DNA from: a virus
Strand: one strand, 5' to 3'
Length of the DNA stretch: 64,000 nucleotides
IMG/VR virus record: IMGVR_UViG_3300010231_000003
Location: 1 to 64,000 of that record
Shown here: positions 30,887-40,913 of the stretch, one piece after another
How the letters are laid out: each line of letters begins with the position of its first letter
How positions within the stretch are numbered: position 1 is the first letter of the stretch
Program-made: the position numbers and the translations under genes
The notes under the pieces: model-generated
The model's database searches: none
Seen by the model: only the letters and a program-made list of their open reading frames with translations
What the model was told of the DNA's origin: nothing

Positions 30887-32244
30887 ACAATACGTACACC
30901 ATCGTCAAGAGTCTGCAAACGGCTCAAGGCAACCTCGCCAAGCAAGCCATCCTCGACGCCAACAAGGGCAACGAGAACTTCAAGGCGTACATGAAGGCAG
31001 TGTATGACGTAGGTATCAACTACTACCAATCGAAGCTGCCGAAGGGCTACGAAAAGCTGGGTGACGGCACTGCTGAATTCGGCGTGCAAGACCTGTTCAT
31101 GATGGAAGAGCTGGCGAAGCGTCGGTACACAGGCCATGAAGCCATCAGCCGTCTCGCTGGTCACGCATCCGCCCTGAACACTGAAGGCCGGGAATTGCTG
31201 TCCCTGATGGTGAAGCGTTCCATCGGTGCATCCGTGGGCGATACGATGGTACTGAAGACGTGGCCCGACCTGTACTTCATTCCTCCGTACCAGCGTTGCT
31301 CGCTGCTGGATGCGAAGGCTCGTGAACGGTTCGGTAAGCTGAAGCGCTTCTACGTCCAGACCAAGGCAGACGGGTCGTTCGCGTACGTCATTAAACGCAA
31401 GGATCACTCCGTCGATGTGATTACGCGGCAGGGCTCGAAGTACCCGCGATGGTTCGCGGAGATGCTGACGAACGGAATGGAGCCGGGTACGGTCGTCGTC
31501 GGTGAACTGCTGGTTGGCGAAGCCTTCGAAGGACCGGAGGACGTTATGCTCGACCGTAAGACTGCGAACGGAATTTTGAATAGCTGCCTGAAGGACGGCG
31601 ATGGTCTAGGTACGCACAGGACTGTCCACGTTCAAGCGTGGGATATGCTGACGCAGGAAGAGTTCGAAGCTGGCAAGTCGTCGCGTCCGTATGAAGAACG
31701 GCTGAAAACGATGCAATCGTGCCCGTACTTCAGCATGACCTTCCGAATTCAGATCATTTATACCGCAATAGTGTCGTCGCTGGAAGAAGCGTTCGCTATC
31801 TACCAAGAGCACTTGCAACGTGGCCTCGAAGGTTGTATCATCAAAGACCCGGCATCGCTGTGGAAGGACGGTACTGCTAAGGACATGGTGAAGCTGAAGA
31901 TCAAGTTCCAAGTGGAGATGCGTGTGAAGCGACTCTACGAAGGTACTGGCAAAGCTGCTGGTATGCTGGGCGGTGCAGAACTGGAATCGGAAGACGGCGG
32001 TATCGTGAACGACTGCGGCTCCGGGTTCGATGACAAGCAACGTAAAGAGTTCTGGGACAACCCGAACATGCTGCTGGACAGGATCGTCATGGTAGAAGCC
32101 AACGACATCACGACCAGTCGAGACGGGAAGAAGAAACCGGCACTGTCGTTGCCGATCTTCTGCGAAGTGCGGTATGATAAGGTGGTAGCAGACACTACGG
32201 AGCGTATCTACGCACAGCTCGAAGCAGCGAAGCAGGGAGGGTAA
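30883..32244 (+). CDS. ATP-dependent DNA ligase
   Basis: Adenylation motif YVQTKADGSF (KxDG) plus downstream ligase-like motifs. GTG start after gaaggagataagaa. 453 aa. Confidence 0.75.
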   Translation: MNNTYTIVKSLQTAQGNLAKQAILDANKGNENFKAYMKAVYDVGINYYQSKLPKGYEKLGDGTAEFGVQDLFMMEELAKRRYTGHEAISRLAGHASALNTEGRELLSLMVKRSIGASVGDTMVLKTWPDLYFIPPYQRCSLLDAKARERFGKLKRFYVQTKADGSFAYVIKRKDHSVDVITRQGSKYPRWFAEMLTNGMEPGTVVVGELLVGEAFEGPEDVMLDRKTANGILNSCLKDGDGLGTHRTVHVQAWDMLTQEEFEAGKSSRPYEERLKTMQSCPYFSMTFRIQIIYTAIVSSLEEAFAIYQEHLQRGLEGCIIKDPASLWKDGTAKDMVKLKIKFQVEMRVKRLYEGTGKAAGMLGGAELESEDGGIVNDCGSGFDDKQRKEFWDNPNMLLDRIVMVEANDITTSRDGKKKPALSLPIFCEVRYDKVVADTTERIYAQLEAAKQGG

Positions 32245-32245
32245 C

Positions 32246-32446
32246 ATGGCGATCATCGGGTTCTTTGTAATGATCTTGTTGGGTCTGTACTTCGCAGTGC
32301 ACGCCATCGGCGGTGTAATGGTGTCGCTAGGGTTCACCGGGAAGTTTCCGTGGGCGTACTTCGGCATCTTCGCAGCTTTGAGTGCGGCTGTGTTTTACTA
32401 CGCATTCACACACGCACCGTTCGTGGTGTCGGTAGCAACAGCTTGA
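32246..32446 (+). CDS. small membrane protein
   Basis: 66 aa, two hydrophobic helices. Confidence 0.6.
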   Translation: MAIIGFFVMILLGLYFAVHAIGGVMVSLGFTGKFPWAYFGIFAALSAAVFYYAFTHAPFVVSVATA

Positions 32447-32471
32447 CAAACAGGTAGGGAGCGTGTAAGAT
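32443..32471 (+). promoter_or_regulatory. sigma70-type promoter
   Basis: TTGACA-aacaggtagggagcgtg(17)-TAAGAT, followed by the CA-rich leader. Confidence 0.65.
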
Positions 32472-32504
32472 AGCGCTTCCTACCAACTAACCAAGGAGAG
32501 AACA

Positions 32505-33047
32505 ATGTTTAAACAAGGCGATAAAGTAGTGCTAGTGAAGGCTGGCGAGATTGCAGGTAGCGAGCCAAGCTATCTCACTAAAGGTAAAATCTACGAAGTG
32601 GCGAAGGATCAAACCGAAGGTACGAACGTCAACGTCATCAACGACCAAGGCCGGAGTCAGGGCTACTTCCCTGAGCGTTTCGTGCTGCATGAGACGGCAA
32701 TCGACCTGAATCAACCGTTGGAAACGGTAGGCGGAGAACCTTTCGTCCTCTTGTCCACGGAAGGCCGTGGCCCGTTCAACATCATCGGCTACGTCGGTGA
32801 TCGTGACTACGTGATGAACTTCAACGATAAGGGCGATCCGGCGAGCAACCATCCGGCGTTCAAGCTGCGCAACATCCCGAAGAAGCCGCTGGAGAAGGAA
32901 GTGTACTTCAACGTTTACACCGCTAGCGATGACGGCCTCGCCTGTTCGCCGCAGTACGGCAGCCGCAAGGAAGCCGACGAAGGAGCCAGCACTACCCGTG
33001 TCGGCTGCGTCAAAGTGAAGCTGGCCGAAGGCCAGTACGACGAATAA
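32505..33047 (+). CDS. hypothetical protein
   Basis: 180 aa, leader ctaccaactaaccaaggagagaaca. Confidence 0.7.
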   Translation: MFKQGDKVVLVKAGEIAGSEPSYLTKGKIYEVAKDQTEGTNVNVINDQGRSQGYFPERFVLHETAIDLNQPLETVGGEPFVLLSTEGRGPFNIIGYVGDRDYVMNFNDKGDPASNHPAFKLRNIPKKPLEKEVYFNVYTASDDGLACSPQYGSRKEADEGASTTRVGCVKVKLAEGQYDE

Positions 33048-33078
33048 GTAGTACAACCAACCAACAAGGAGAAAAACA

Positions 33079-34239
33079 ATGGCTGAAATCAATCGCAAAC
33101 TGGCGTCCGTACGCCGCATCAAACAAATCCTGCCCATCGCGGGTGCAGACAAGATCGAACTGGCCCTCGTGGACGGCTGGCAGGTAGTGGTAAAGAAGGG
33201 GGAGTTCACGGAGGGCAGTCTCGCCGTGTATTTCGAAATCGACAGTTTTGTCCCGGACACCATCGCTCCGTTCCTGACGAAAGAAGGCTACGATCCGAAG
33301 GAATTCAACGGCGTCAAGGGCGAGCGCCTGAAGACGATCAAGCTGCGTAAGCAACTGTCGCAAGGTCTGCTGCTTCCGCTGGCTGTTGCCGAAGCATCCG
33401 GCAAGCGCTTCAACGAAGGCGACGACGTAACCGAACTGCTCGGCGTACAGAAGTGGGAAGCCGAAGAGAAGGCTACCAACACGAGCGGAAACCTGCTGCC
33501 GTCGAAGACGCGTTCGTTCCCGTACTTCATCAAGAAGACGGACCAAGAGCGTGCGCAGAACTACGGCCCGATGATCGAACAGAACCTCGACACGAAGTTC
33601 GAAACAACGGTGAAGAAGGACGGCTCCAGCCTGACGGTGTTCCGTATCGTGCCGGACAGCACGTTCTACGAAGATGCGAAGGAAATGGTGCATGGCAAGG
33701 ACTCGCTGTTCACCAAGATCAAGAACTTCGTGCTGCGTAAGAAGCCGCAGCCGGTGTACGGCCTGTGTTCGCGTAACGTCCTGCTGCCGTTGGAAGGTAA
33801 CAGTAACTTCCACGTGGCTGCAAAGCCGCTCATCGAGAAGCTGAAGAACGAAGTGTCCATTGCGCTCGAAGGCTCCATCGCCCTGCAAGGCGAGCTGGTT
33901 GCACCGGACATTCAGGGCAACTACGAGAAAGTGGACGGCGTGGAATTCCACCTGTTCGACATCTTCGACATCGATAAGCAGAAGTACATGCTTCCGACCG
34001 ACCGTATCGTGTTCGCGGACATCTACAGCATCCCGCACGCTACCATCGTGGACCGTGGCACGCTGCGTAACATCCTGCAACTGAAGGATGGTGAAGATGT
34101 CGTGCAAAAGCTCTTGACGTACGCGTCGGGCGAAGGCGATAATCCGGGTGTGATGCGTGAAGGCGTCGTGTTCAAGGCGAACGACAAGGACTTCAGCTTC
34201 AAGGTCATTTCGAACGAATACCTTCTGCACAAGGGTTAA
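33079..34239 (+). CDS. RNA ligase (DRB0094/Rnl5-like family)
   Basis: N-terminus KLASVRRIKQILPIAGADKIELALVDGWQVVVKKGEF and nucleotidyl-transfer motif VKKDGSS. 386 aa. Confidence 0.7.
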   Translation: MAEINRKLASVRRIKQILPIAGADKIELALVDGWQVVVKKGEFTEGSLAVYFEIDSFVPDTIAPFLTKEGYDPKEFNGVKGERLKTIKLRKQLSQGLLLPLAVAEASGKRFNEGDDVTELLGVQKWEAEEKATNTSGNLLPSKTRSFPYFIKKTDQERAQNYGPMIEQNLDTKFETTVKKDGSSLTVFRIVPDSTFYEDAKEMVHGKDSLFTKIKNFVLRKKPQPVYGLCSRNVLLPLEGNSNFHVAAKPLIEKLKNEVSIALEGSIALQGELVAPDIQGNYEKVDGVEFHLFDIFDIDKQKYMLPTDRIVFADIYSIPHATIVDRGTLRNILQLKDGEDVVQKLLTYASGEGDNPGVMREGVVFKANDKDFSFKVISNEYLLHKG

Positions 34240-34240
34240 T

Positions 34241-34708
34241 ATGCGACGGTTGCTTAGGGTGGTAGTGCTGTGTACGGCACTCGTTACAAACACGCTGGCA
34301 ACCCCGCCGCACATCCCAGCAGCCCCGGCTGTTACGCGGGAAGACATCTGCATGGCATGGGTCATCAACGACGAGGCCCGTGGTGAACCACTGCGAGGCC
34401 AGCGTGCCGTGTACGATGTCGTCAAGCACCGGATGGAAATACGTAAGCTTACAGCTTGCGAGGTAGTTAAGGAACCTTACCAGTTCTCGGGCTACCATCG
34501 CGGCATGAGGTTGACAGCTACCGAAGAGATGTTGCAAAGGCTGGCGAAAGTGCGTAGAATAGCGCCTGTAGTTGGTAACGCTACATACTTCCATAGCAAG
34601 AAAGTAAAGCCGTCTTGGGCTTCCAAGATGAAGAAGATTCTAACCATCGGAAAGCATGCTTTTTATATGCCCCGCAAACCAAAGGAGAAAAAACATGGCA
34701 GTAGCTAA
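34241..34708 (+). CDS. SleB-like cell wall hydrolase with a signal peptide
   Basis: Start at ATG 34241 (MRRLLRVVVLCTALV..). NDEARGEPLRGQRAVYDVVKHR..YQFS motif of the Hydrolase_2 family. Confidence 0.65.
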   Translation: MRRLLRVVVLCTALVTNTLATPPHIPAAPAVTREDICMAWVINDEARGEPLRGQRAVYDVVKHRMEIRKLTACEVVKEPYQFSGYHRGMRLTATEEMLQRLAKVRRIAPVVGNATYFHSKKVKPSWASKMKKILTIGKHAFYMPRKPKEKKHGSS

Positions 34709-35066
34709 CGTAGATGTGAAAGTCGGTAAGCAGTACCGATACAACGAACACAACCACGACGGTGTGGACTGGTTCGAAAAGGGGAGCATCATCACGATCA
34801 CGCATATTAGCGATAACGGCGTTGACGTTAAAGCAAAAGGTCCGGCGAAGTATGATGGCATCGCAGGCTACAGCATCGTCAAGCAAGGTGACATTATCGA
34901 CGGCTGGGTCCGGCCTGATTCGATTGACGAGCTGGAGTCCGCCGAAGCCCCGGTTGAGCCCGTCGCTGTCCACATCAACCTGAACGGCAACAGCACTACC
35001 ATCGTCGTTCAACGCAACCTGACCGCAGACGAAGTGGCTGCTGTCCTGAAAGCAATCAACCAGTAA
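34695..35066 (+). CDS. hypothetical protein
   Basis: Start at ATG 34695 (MAVANVDVKVG..) after aaaggagaaaaaac. Confidence 0.6.
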   Translation: MAVANVDVKVGKQYRYNEHNHDGVDWFEKGSIITITHISDNGVDVKAKGPAKYDGIAGYSIVKQGDIIDGWVRPDSIDELESAEAPVEPVAVHINLNGNSTTIVVQRNLTADEVAAVLKAINQ

Positions 35067-35076
35067 GGAGAATGGT

Positions 35077-35406
35077 ATGACTATCGCAACGAGTAACGGA
35101 TTCATCGTCGGCCAACGGTACGTAATGTCCAGCGGACCCGAAGAAGTCCCCCATCACAAGTTCAAAGAAGGTGAGCTGCTGGAATTCATCTACGACGACG
35201 GGAGCCGGAACCCGAAGTTCCGCCGCGTTGGTGACGGCGAGACGGGTTACTGCAACATCAAGCGCCTGAAACTGGCCCCAATCTTGGCTACGGCCGAACA
35301 AGTGACGTACACCGTCGAATCGAATAAGGACAACACTACCGTGTTCGTCCGCAAGCAATTGTCGCTGGACCAGATCAAGCGCATCCTCGACATCGTGGGG
35401 GAGTAA
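35077..35406 (+). CDS. hypothetical protein
   Basis: 109 aa, RBS taaggagaatggt. Confidence 0.65.
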   Translation: MTIATSNGFIVGQRYVMSSGPEEVPHHKFKEGELLEFIYDDGSRNPKFRRVGDGETGYCNIKRLKLAPILATAEQVTYTVESNKDNTTVFVRKQLSLDQIKRILDIVGE

Positions 35407-36485
35407 TGCTGACGATCCTAGGTAAGTACGGAATCAAGGCTACCATCCTCGCTGACTCGATCAGCAAGGTAGGCGTCCGGTTCCTGACGTATGAAATCGA
35501 ATACCCGCGTATCGTTCTGGCTGAGCTGAACACGCACAAGATGCTGTCGAAGAACTCGTTCAGCTCCCGTGCTGTCCCGTTCAAGAAGATGGTCGACCAA
35601 CTGAATGGCCGTCCTGTACGCTTCGGTGCGAATCAGGCAGGTATGCAGGATCAGGGCGTCGATTTCGAAGCGATGGTTGAAATCCCTGAGCACTTGTATC
35701 AAGCGCTTGATGTGTGGCTGGAAGACTTCAGTGCCGGTGCACTGACGGTCGATGACCTCCGTGAACTTGGCGATGGCAAGGCATGCGTCACTGGCTACGG
35801 TGCGTACGACTTCCACAAGTTCCTGAGCGTTGGCATCGCCGGAGCAATGGACGATGCCAAGTACCACAAGCAAGTGTTCAATCGCTTGACCGAAGCGCAC
35901 CAGATGATGAAGACGGTGTTGAGCGGCACTGAGCTGGAGAACTTCTTCTGGCTCCGTGACCACTCGGCCGCTGATCCGTCGCTGGCAGAGCTGGCCCGTG
36001 TGATGAACGAGGCACGTAAGGCTTCCACGCCTCAACTGCTGAAAGCTGGCGAATGGCACTTGCCGTACGTGGATGTCAACTACGTTGAAGGGGGACCGAA
36101 CGGTAAGGTGCAGACATTCTGGCTCGACGGCGAAGTGTTGTCACTCGAAGACGCCATCAAGATTTCGTGTGCTCGTTGCGCTGCTGTCAGCTACCGTAAC
36201 GAAGGCTACGGGCTGGAGAAGTCGCTGGAAGTGTACGACCGTCTGGTAGGCGACGAGAAAAAGCATGCTTCTGCATTCGAGCACTGCGCTACACCGATTG
36301 CAGATCGTGTGCATCACACGGACATCGAGGACGTGCTCACGAAGGTGAATTGTGTGGAAGACCCTCGTTCGTGGGAGCCGGGTATCACGCACATGGATCG
36401 GGACGGTAAGCTGTGGTCGGGCAACCTGAAGGGCTGGATTCAGTATCGCAAACTCATTCCGGGAGAGAACTATGTTGGAGCGTAA
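35406..36485 (+). CDS. thyX: ThyX-like (Thy1 family) flavin-dependent thymidylate synthase homologue, unusually long
   Basis: ELNTHKMLSKNSFSSRAVPF resembles the ThyX RHRxxSxxxxSxR motif. 359 aa versus about 220-250 for typical ThyX. Confidence 0.55.
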   Translation: MLTILGKYGIKATILADSISKVGVRFLTYEIEYPRIVLAELNTHKMLSKNSFSSRAVPFKKMVDQLNGRPVRFGANQAGMQDQGVDFEAMVEIPEHLYQALDVWLEDFSAGALTVDDLRELGDGKACVTGYGAYDFHKFLSVGIAGAMDDAKYHKQVFNRLTEAHQMMKTVLSGTELENFFWLRDHSAADPSLAELARVMNEARKASTPQLLKAGEWHLPYVDVNYVEGGPNGKVQTFWLDGEVLSLEDAIKISCARCAAVSYRNEGYGLEKSLEVYDRLVGDEKKHASAFEHCATPIADRVHHTDIEDVLTKVNCVEDPRSWEPGITHMDRDGKLWSGNLKGWIQYRKLIPGENYVGA

Positions 36486-36852
36486 CACTCGCATTGCTGC
36501 TGAACGGGCGTTGAGGATGGCAGCAGTGAATCCGAACTCACATGCCCTGTTCGTCTGTGGAAAAGCAGTGAACGTGGCGTCGATCTGGAAGTATCTGATC
36601 CGCAACAAGGTGGCTGACTTCACGTACGAAATGCAGAGCCGAAAGGTTACACACAAAGACGGTGGCGTCATCCGCTTCGCTCATTGCGAGACTGGCTCGA
36701 ATGGGTTCTCCGCTATGCAGGTTTCGCACCTGTGGCTTGACGAGTACGTTGTCGGCGAAGCAAGGGCGCATCTCCGTAGCCGTGTGCGCTCGGCGTTGAA
36801 GCATAACGATCCGATTGGGGTCTACACATACTACGGGCTCGAAGTGCAGTAA
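36472..36852 (+). CDS. hypothetical protein
   Basis: 126 aa, RBS gggagagaact, overlaps the thyX end. Confidence 0.55.
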   Translation: MLERNTRIAAERALRMAAVNPNSHALFVCGKAVNVASIWKYLIRNKVADFTYEMQSRKVTHKDGGVIRFAHCETGSNGFSAMQVSHLWLDEYVVGEARAHLRSRVRSALKHNDPIGVYTYYGLEVQ

Positions 36853-36864
36853 GAAAGGAAGAAG

Positions 36865-38637
36865 ATGGAAAATAAATGGGGCATCGACTTGTCGTATCCC
36901 CATAATTGCCAGTGTCCTCGTTGTGCCCGGAATGGTCGGGACACGGCGAAGGACAACTTGCAAGTTTATGGCGAGGGCAAAGGGGCGTACTGTCACGCGT
37001 GCGAATTTACGATCCTCAGTGATGAAGAGAAGGAAGCACGAGGTATCGATGAGGAAGAAGACGAAAGCGAGGACGAAGTGAGTACGAAAGAACCACTAAC
37101 TAAGGAAGAGAATGAACAGATCAAGACATACACCGGCGTCAAGTCGAAGGGCTGGCGTGGCATCAAGGACGACACAAACAAGTTCTTCGGTGTCCGCTAC
37201 ACCTACGACGAAGAGACTGGTGAACCGGACGCACAATACGTCCCTACCACTGTCGGCGGAAAGCTCACTGGATACAAGGTGCGAGGCTTCCCGAAGGACT
37301 TCCAAAACCCCGGTCCCGTTGGAGTTGTTGGCAAGGACTGCGACCTCGTGGGGCAATTCCGGTTCCCCAATGGTGGCCGTGTAGTCGTCATCGTCGGCGG
37401 CGAAGTAGACCAACTGTCCGCATACCAAATGCTGGCAGAGTACCAAGAGTCGAAAGGCTACGACGCTGTACCTGTTGTCGCTCCTACCGTGGGCGAAACC
37501 GGGTGCGTGAAGCAAATCCAAGCGCAGTATGAATGGTTCAATAAGTTTGACAGGATCATCATCGGCATGGACAATGACGACGCCGGAGAGAAGGCTACAC
37601 ACAAGATTGCGAAGGTGCTGCCGAAGGGTAAAGTGTACGTCGCCAAGTGGTCGAAGAAAGACCCGAACGCGATGTTGCAAGCGGGACTGGAGAAGGAGTT
37701 CGTCAACAACTACTTCAAATCCAAGCCGTACACACCGGACGGTATCGTGGGATCGAGCGGACTTGGTGACAAGATTCGTGAAGCTGCTGCGATGAAGAAG
37801 ATTCCGCTGCCGCCGTTCATGCACAGGCTGCAAAAGATGATGGCCGGGGGCTTCCCGCTCAAGACCATTATCAACCTCGGCTCTGCGTCGGGTACTGGTA
37901 AGTCTACAATTGTAGATGAGATGACGTACTACTGGATTTTCAACAGTCCATACAAGGTAGGCATCGTTACGCTCGAAAGCGACAGCGGACAGTACGGTAC
38001 GAAGATTCTCAGCCGACACGTCGGGCGGAAGATCGACCTGATCGAAGATGAGACGGACAAGCTGGCATACCTCGACTCGGACTATGTACGGGAGAAGGAA
38101 AAAGAGCTATACTTCATGCCAGATGGTACGGATCGCTTCTATCTTATCGAGGACCGGGACGGTGGCCTTGACTCGATGAAGGCGAAGATCGAAGAGCTGA
38201 TTATCGCTTGCGGTTGCCAACTCATCATTCTGGACCCGTTGCAGGACATTCTGGACGGTATGACGAACGAAGAGCAAGCTGTCTTCCTGAAATGGATGAA
38301 GGGCATGCTGAAGTCGCACGATGTCACGTTCATCAACGTCAACCACGTTCGTAAGAGCGGTGGCGGACAGAAGGCGAACTCGACGGGTGCTGACCTGTTC
38401 GAAGAAGACATGCAAGGTAGCTCGTCTATCTTCAAGTCCGGTGCGTGTAACCTGCTGTTCACCCGTAACAAGGAAGCAGAAGACGAAATCGAGCGGAACA
38501 CCACTCGAATGAAGGCAAGTAAGATTCGTTGGACCGGCAAGACGGGCGTAGCAGGCGAGTACTACTACTCGAATGAGACGCATACGATGTGGGACAAAGA
38601 CGACTGGCTTTCGAAGAACGGTGTAAAAGAGTTTTGA
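36865..38637 (+). CDS. bifunctional primase-helicase (T7 gp4-like)
   Basis: Zinc ribbon CQCPRC..CHAC, Toprim IIGMDNDDAGEKA, Walker A GSASGTGKST. 590 aa. Confidence 0.9.
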   Translation: MENKWGIDLSYPHNCQCPRCARNGRDTAKDNLQVYGEGKGAYCHACEFTILSDEEKEARGIDEEEDESEDEVSTKEPLTKEENEQIKTYTGVKSKGWRGIKDDTNKFFGVRYTYDEETGEPDAQYVPTTVGGKLTGYKVRGFPKDFQNPGPVGVVGKDCDLVGQFRFPNGGRVVVIVGGEVDQLSAYQMLAEYQESKGYDAVPVVAPTVGETGCVKQIQAQYEWFNKFDRIIIGMDNDDAGEKATHKIAKVLPKGKVYVAKWSKKDPNAMLQAGLEKEFVNNYFKSKPYTPDGIVGSSGLGDKIREAAAMKKIPLPPFMHRLQKMMAGGFPLKTIINLGSASGTGKSTIVDEMTYYWIFNSPYKVGIVTLESDSGQYGTKILSRHVGRKIDLIEDETDKLAYLDSDYVREKEKELYFMPDGTDRFYLIEDRDGGLDSMKAKIEELIIACGCQLIILDPLQDILDGMTNEEQAVFLKWMKGMLKSHDVTFINVNHVRKSGGGQKANSTGADLFEEDMQGSSSIFKSGACNLLFTRNKEAEDEIERNTTRMKASKIRWTGKTGVAGEYYYSNETHTMWDKDDWLSKNGVKEF

Positions 38638-38662
38638 CAAACGGACGTACGTAGTGTAAGCT
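38634..38662 (+). promoter_or_regulatory. sigma70-type promoter
   Basis: TTGACA-aacggacgtacgtagtg(17)-TAAGCT, followed by the CA-rich leader. Confidence 0.6.
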
Positions 38663-38694
38663 ACGTACTTCTTAACCGACCAAGGAGAAATACA

Positions 38695-39018
38695 ATGAAG
38701 AAATCCCTGCTGATCGTTTCCCTGCTGGCTGTTGCGTTGGCCTGTTGCGGCAGGACGGCCGAAGCGATTCCGGTAGTGGCCGCGCATCCCGTCGTGATCG
38801 CCCCGCACGTCTCGTCACCTGCTCACGCGGCTACCCCGGCCCCTCGCGTTGCCACGCCTGCACCCGCTACACGCGCACCTGTGACCCCGGCTCGTCCGGT
38901 GTACGTTCCGCCTGTGATCGTAGCGCCGACGCCGAAGCAAGAAGGCGAACTCGCGAGGAAACGCCACAGTAACAATTCCATCTACTGCGAACGCCGTCAA
39001 TACCGTTTCGGCTGCTAA
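38695..39018 (+). CDS. Pro-rich secreted protein or lipoprotein
   Basis: Signal peptide LLAVALACCG, then a Pro/Ala-rich region. 107 aa. Confidence 0.6.
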   Translation: MKKSLLIVSLLAVALACCGRTAEAIPVVAAHPVVIAPHVSSPAHAATPAPRVATPAPATRAPVTPARPVYVPPVIVAPTPKQEGELARKRHSNNSIYCERRQYRFGC

Positions 39019-39040
39019 TTAACCAACCAAGGAGAAATAT

Positions 39041-40297
39041 ATGAGCAAAGCAACCGCAGCAATCACCAGTAAATTCAAGTGCTCGTTCATCCGCGTGGCG
39101 AACGTGTCTGAATCCGTAGCCGTACAGAAGATGATGCACAAGCTGGGATTCGGCGTGTACCCGTTCCGTTCGCGGACGGTGGACAACAACGACAACATCC
39201 GGTTCATCTACGTGAACATCCATTGCGATATGTTCCTCTACGAGAAGCACTGCGCCGGTAATACGTGGCGGGAAACCAACTTCGAAGAACTGTCGAAGGC
39301 AGTGCAGGAAGTCGTGACCATCAAACGCCGCGAGCACAAGGAGACGAAGAAGCGCCGTGCTCTACGTAAGTGGGATGAGACGGCTACCAAGCGTACCACT
39401 GAAAACTGCCCGGTTCGTCGTGACGTTATCATCGCTGCTAAGCTGAACAGCGGCGAGGTCATCACTGAGCGTGCTGACTGGTTCGACTGGACTACCGGCA
39501 CCGCGTACACCGGGCAAGACATCGCGAGCTACAAGGTTCTGACTCCGAACAAGCACAAACCCAAGCGCGTCGAAGGTGAGTGGATTGAGTGGAAGGGCGG
39601 TCAGTGTCCGATTCGCCCTGAAGACTACGTTCAGATCAAGTTCCGCTTCGATAATACCAATACTCCGGCGAACCAGAACGCAAACAAGTGCTGGTGGAGT
39701 CATACTGGCGGCGCCGGCGACATCGTAGCATACCGTATCCAACCGGAAAGTGAGCGTCTACCGAAGATCGTCACGCAGGAACAGATGGTGGATGCACTGG
39801 CTGACAGCATCGGCAAGCCGCTGGCAATCCCGGTCCTTGGCGAGTGCCAAGTTCTGGCCCCGGCAGGCGATCCGATCCCCGACACGAACCCGAAGAAGCA
39901 GTACGGTGTGTCGTCGGTTCCGCTGAACATGTGGAGCCCGCTGGCATCGGCGTATGGTTCGCTCGCTCTGTACAACGGTTCGCTGAAGTACGGCAAGGCG
40001 AATTTTGCGAACACGAAGGTGGAAGCGTCGATCTACATCGCTGCTGCAATGCGTCACTTGCTGGCGTGGGCATGCGGACAGGAAGACGATCCGGCTGATG
40101 GCGTTCCGAACCTCGGCGGCGTACTGGCGAACGTGGCGATTTTGCTGGAAGCCCGTGCTGCTGGCATGCTGATCGATGATCGCCTCCGTATGGCTGGCTA
40201 CCTGAGCGAGCTGGAGATGCTGAAGGGCAAGGTGAAAGCCCTCAACGAACTGCACGCCGGGAAGAACCCGAAGCATTACACGCTGGATCAGGAATGA
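39041..40297 (+). CDS. hypothetical protein with a C-terminal all-alpha NTP pyrophosphohydrolase-like (DUF5664/MazZ-like) domain
   Basis: C-terminus KKQYGVSSVPL..LKYGKANF..AAAMRHLLAW..DPADGVPNLGGVLANVAILLEA fits my recollection of the dATP/dGTP diphosphohydrolase-type domain. The N-terminal 270 aa are unknown. Confidence 0.5.
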   Translation: MSKATAAITSKFKCSFIRVANVSESVAVQKMMHKLGFGVYPFRSRTVDNNDNIRFIYVNIHCDMFLYEKHCAGNTWRETNFEELSKAVQEVVTIKRREHKETKKRRALRKWDETATKRTTENCPVRRDVIIAAKLNSGEVITERADWFDWTTGTAYTGQDIASYKVLTPNKHKPKRVEGEWIEWKGGQCPIRPEDYVQIKFRFDNTNTPANQNANKCWWSHTGGAGDIVAYRIQPESERLPKIVTQEQMVDALADSIGKPLAIPVLGECQVLAPAGDPIPDTNPKKQYGVSSVPLNMWSPLASAYGSLALYNGSLKYGKANFANTKVEASIYIAAAMRHLLAWACGQEDDPADGVPNLGGVLANVAILLEARAAGMLIDDRLRMAGYLSELEMLKGKVKALNELHAGKNPKHYTLDQE

Positions 40298-40325
40298 TCT
40301 ACTTCCTACGTTTCTTACTAGCTTC

Positions 40326-40550
40326 TTGAACATCGGGCTGCGTTCGTTCCAGCAGCTCAATGTGATACACAAGAAGTACTGGTGGATTCTGCCGACGAGC
40401 ATGGTGATGGCTGTATGTGAGGCTATCATCCTGCTTAACGTGGTCCACAACGGAATGGGGCTGGTTGTTCTGGCAATCGGCCTCGGTGGCGGGCTTGGTA
40501 GCATTACGTCTACCTTCCTGCATAGCAAGCTACACAAGGAGAAGAAATGA
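40326..40550 (+). CDS. small membrane protein (start uncertain)
   Basis: Hydrophobic 74-aa frame. Has a TTG start at 40326 or an ATG at 40401. Confidence 0.45.
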   Translation: MNIGLRSFQQLNVIHKKYWWILPTSMVMAVCEAIILLNVVHNGMGLVVLAIGLGGGLGSITSTFLHSKLHKEKK

Positions 40551-40870
40551 CTACGTTTAAAGTTGGCGACAAAATTCGTTGCATCGACGGAAAAGGCGCA
40601 GCAAAAGGTATCAAGGAAGGCGAGACTTACGAGGTTGAACGCGACGACGCGAGCGGCCTGCAAATTGTTGGCGTTTACTCGGCTGGCGGGCACTGGCGCC
40701 CGCGTTTCGAACTCGCGAAGCCTGAAGTGAAGGTAACGGTTCGAACCAAGGAACAGGTATGGGCCGACCGTACGAAGGAACTGCTGGATGGCATTGTAGC
40801 CACGCACACAGCGGGCCAAGAGATTCCGCGTGAGTGGATCGAAGAACTGTACTTCAGCAGCGCACGGTAA
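40547..40870 (+). CDS. hypothetical protein
   Basis: 107 aa, RBS acaaggagaagaa. Confidence 0.65.
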   Translation: MTTFKVGDKIRCIDGKGAAKGIKEGETYEVERDDASGLQIVGVYSAGGHWRPRFELAKPEVKVTVRTKEQVWADRTKELLDGIVATHTAGQEIPREWIEELYFSSAR

Positions 40871-40876
40871 CAACAA

Positions 40877-40905
40877 GCCGCCCTCCGGGGCGGTTTTTCT
40901 TTTTG
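40877..40905 (+). terminator. rho-independent terminator
   Basis: GCCGCCC-tccg-GGGCGGT followed by TTTTTCTTTTT. Confidence 0.75.
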
Positions 40906-40913
40906 TGAAGGGG

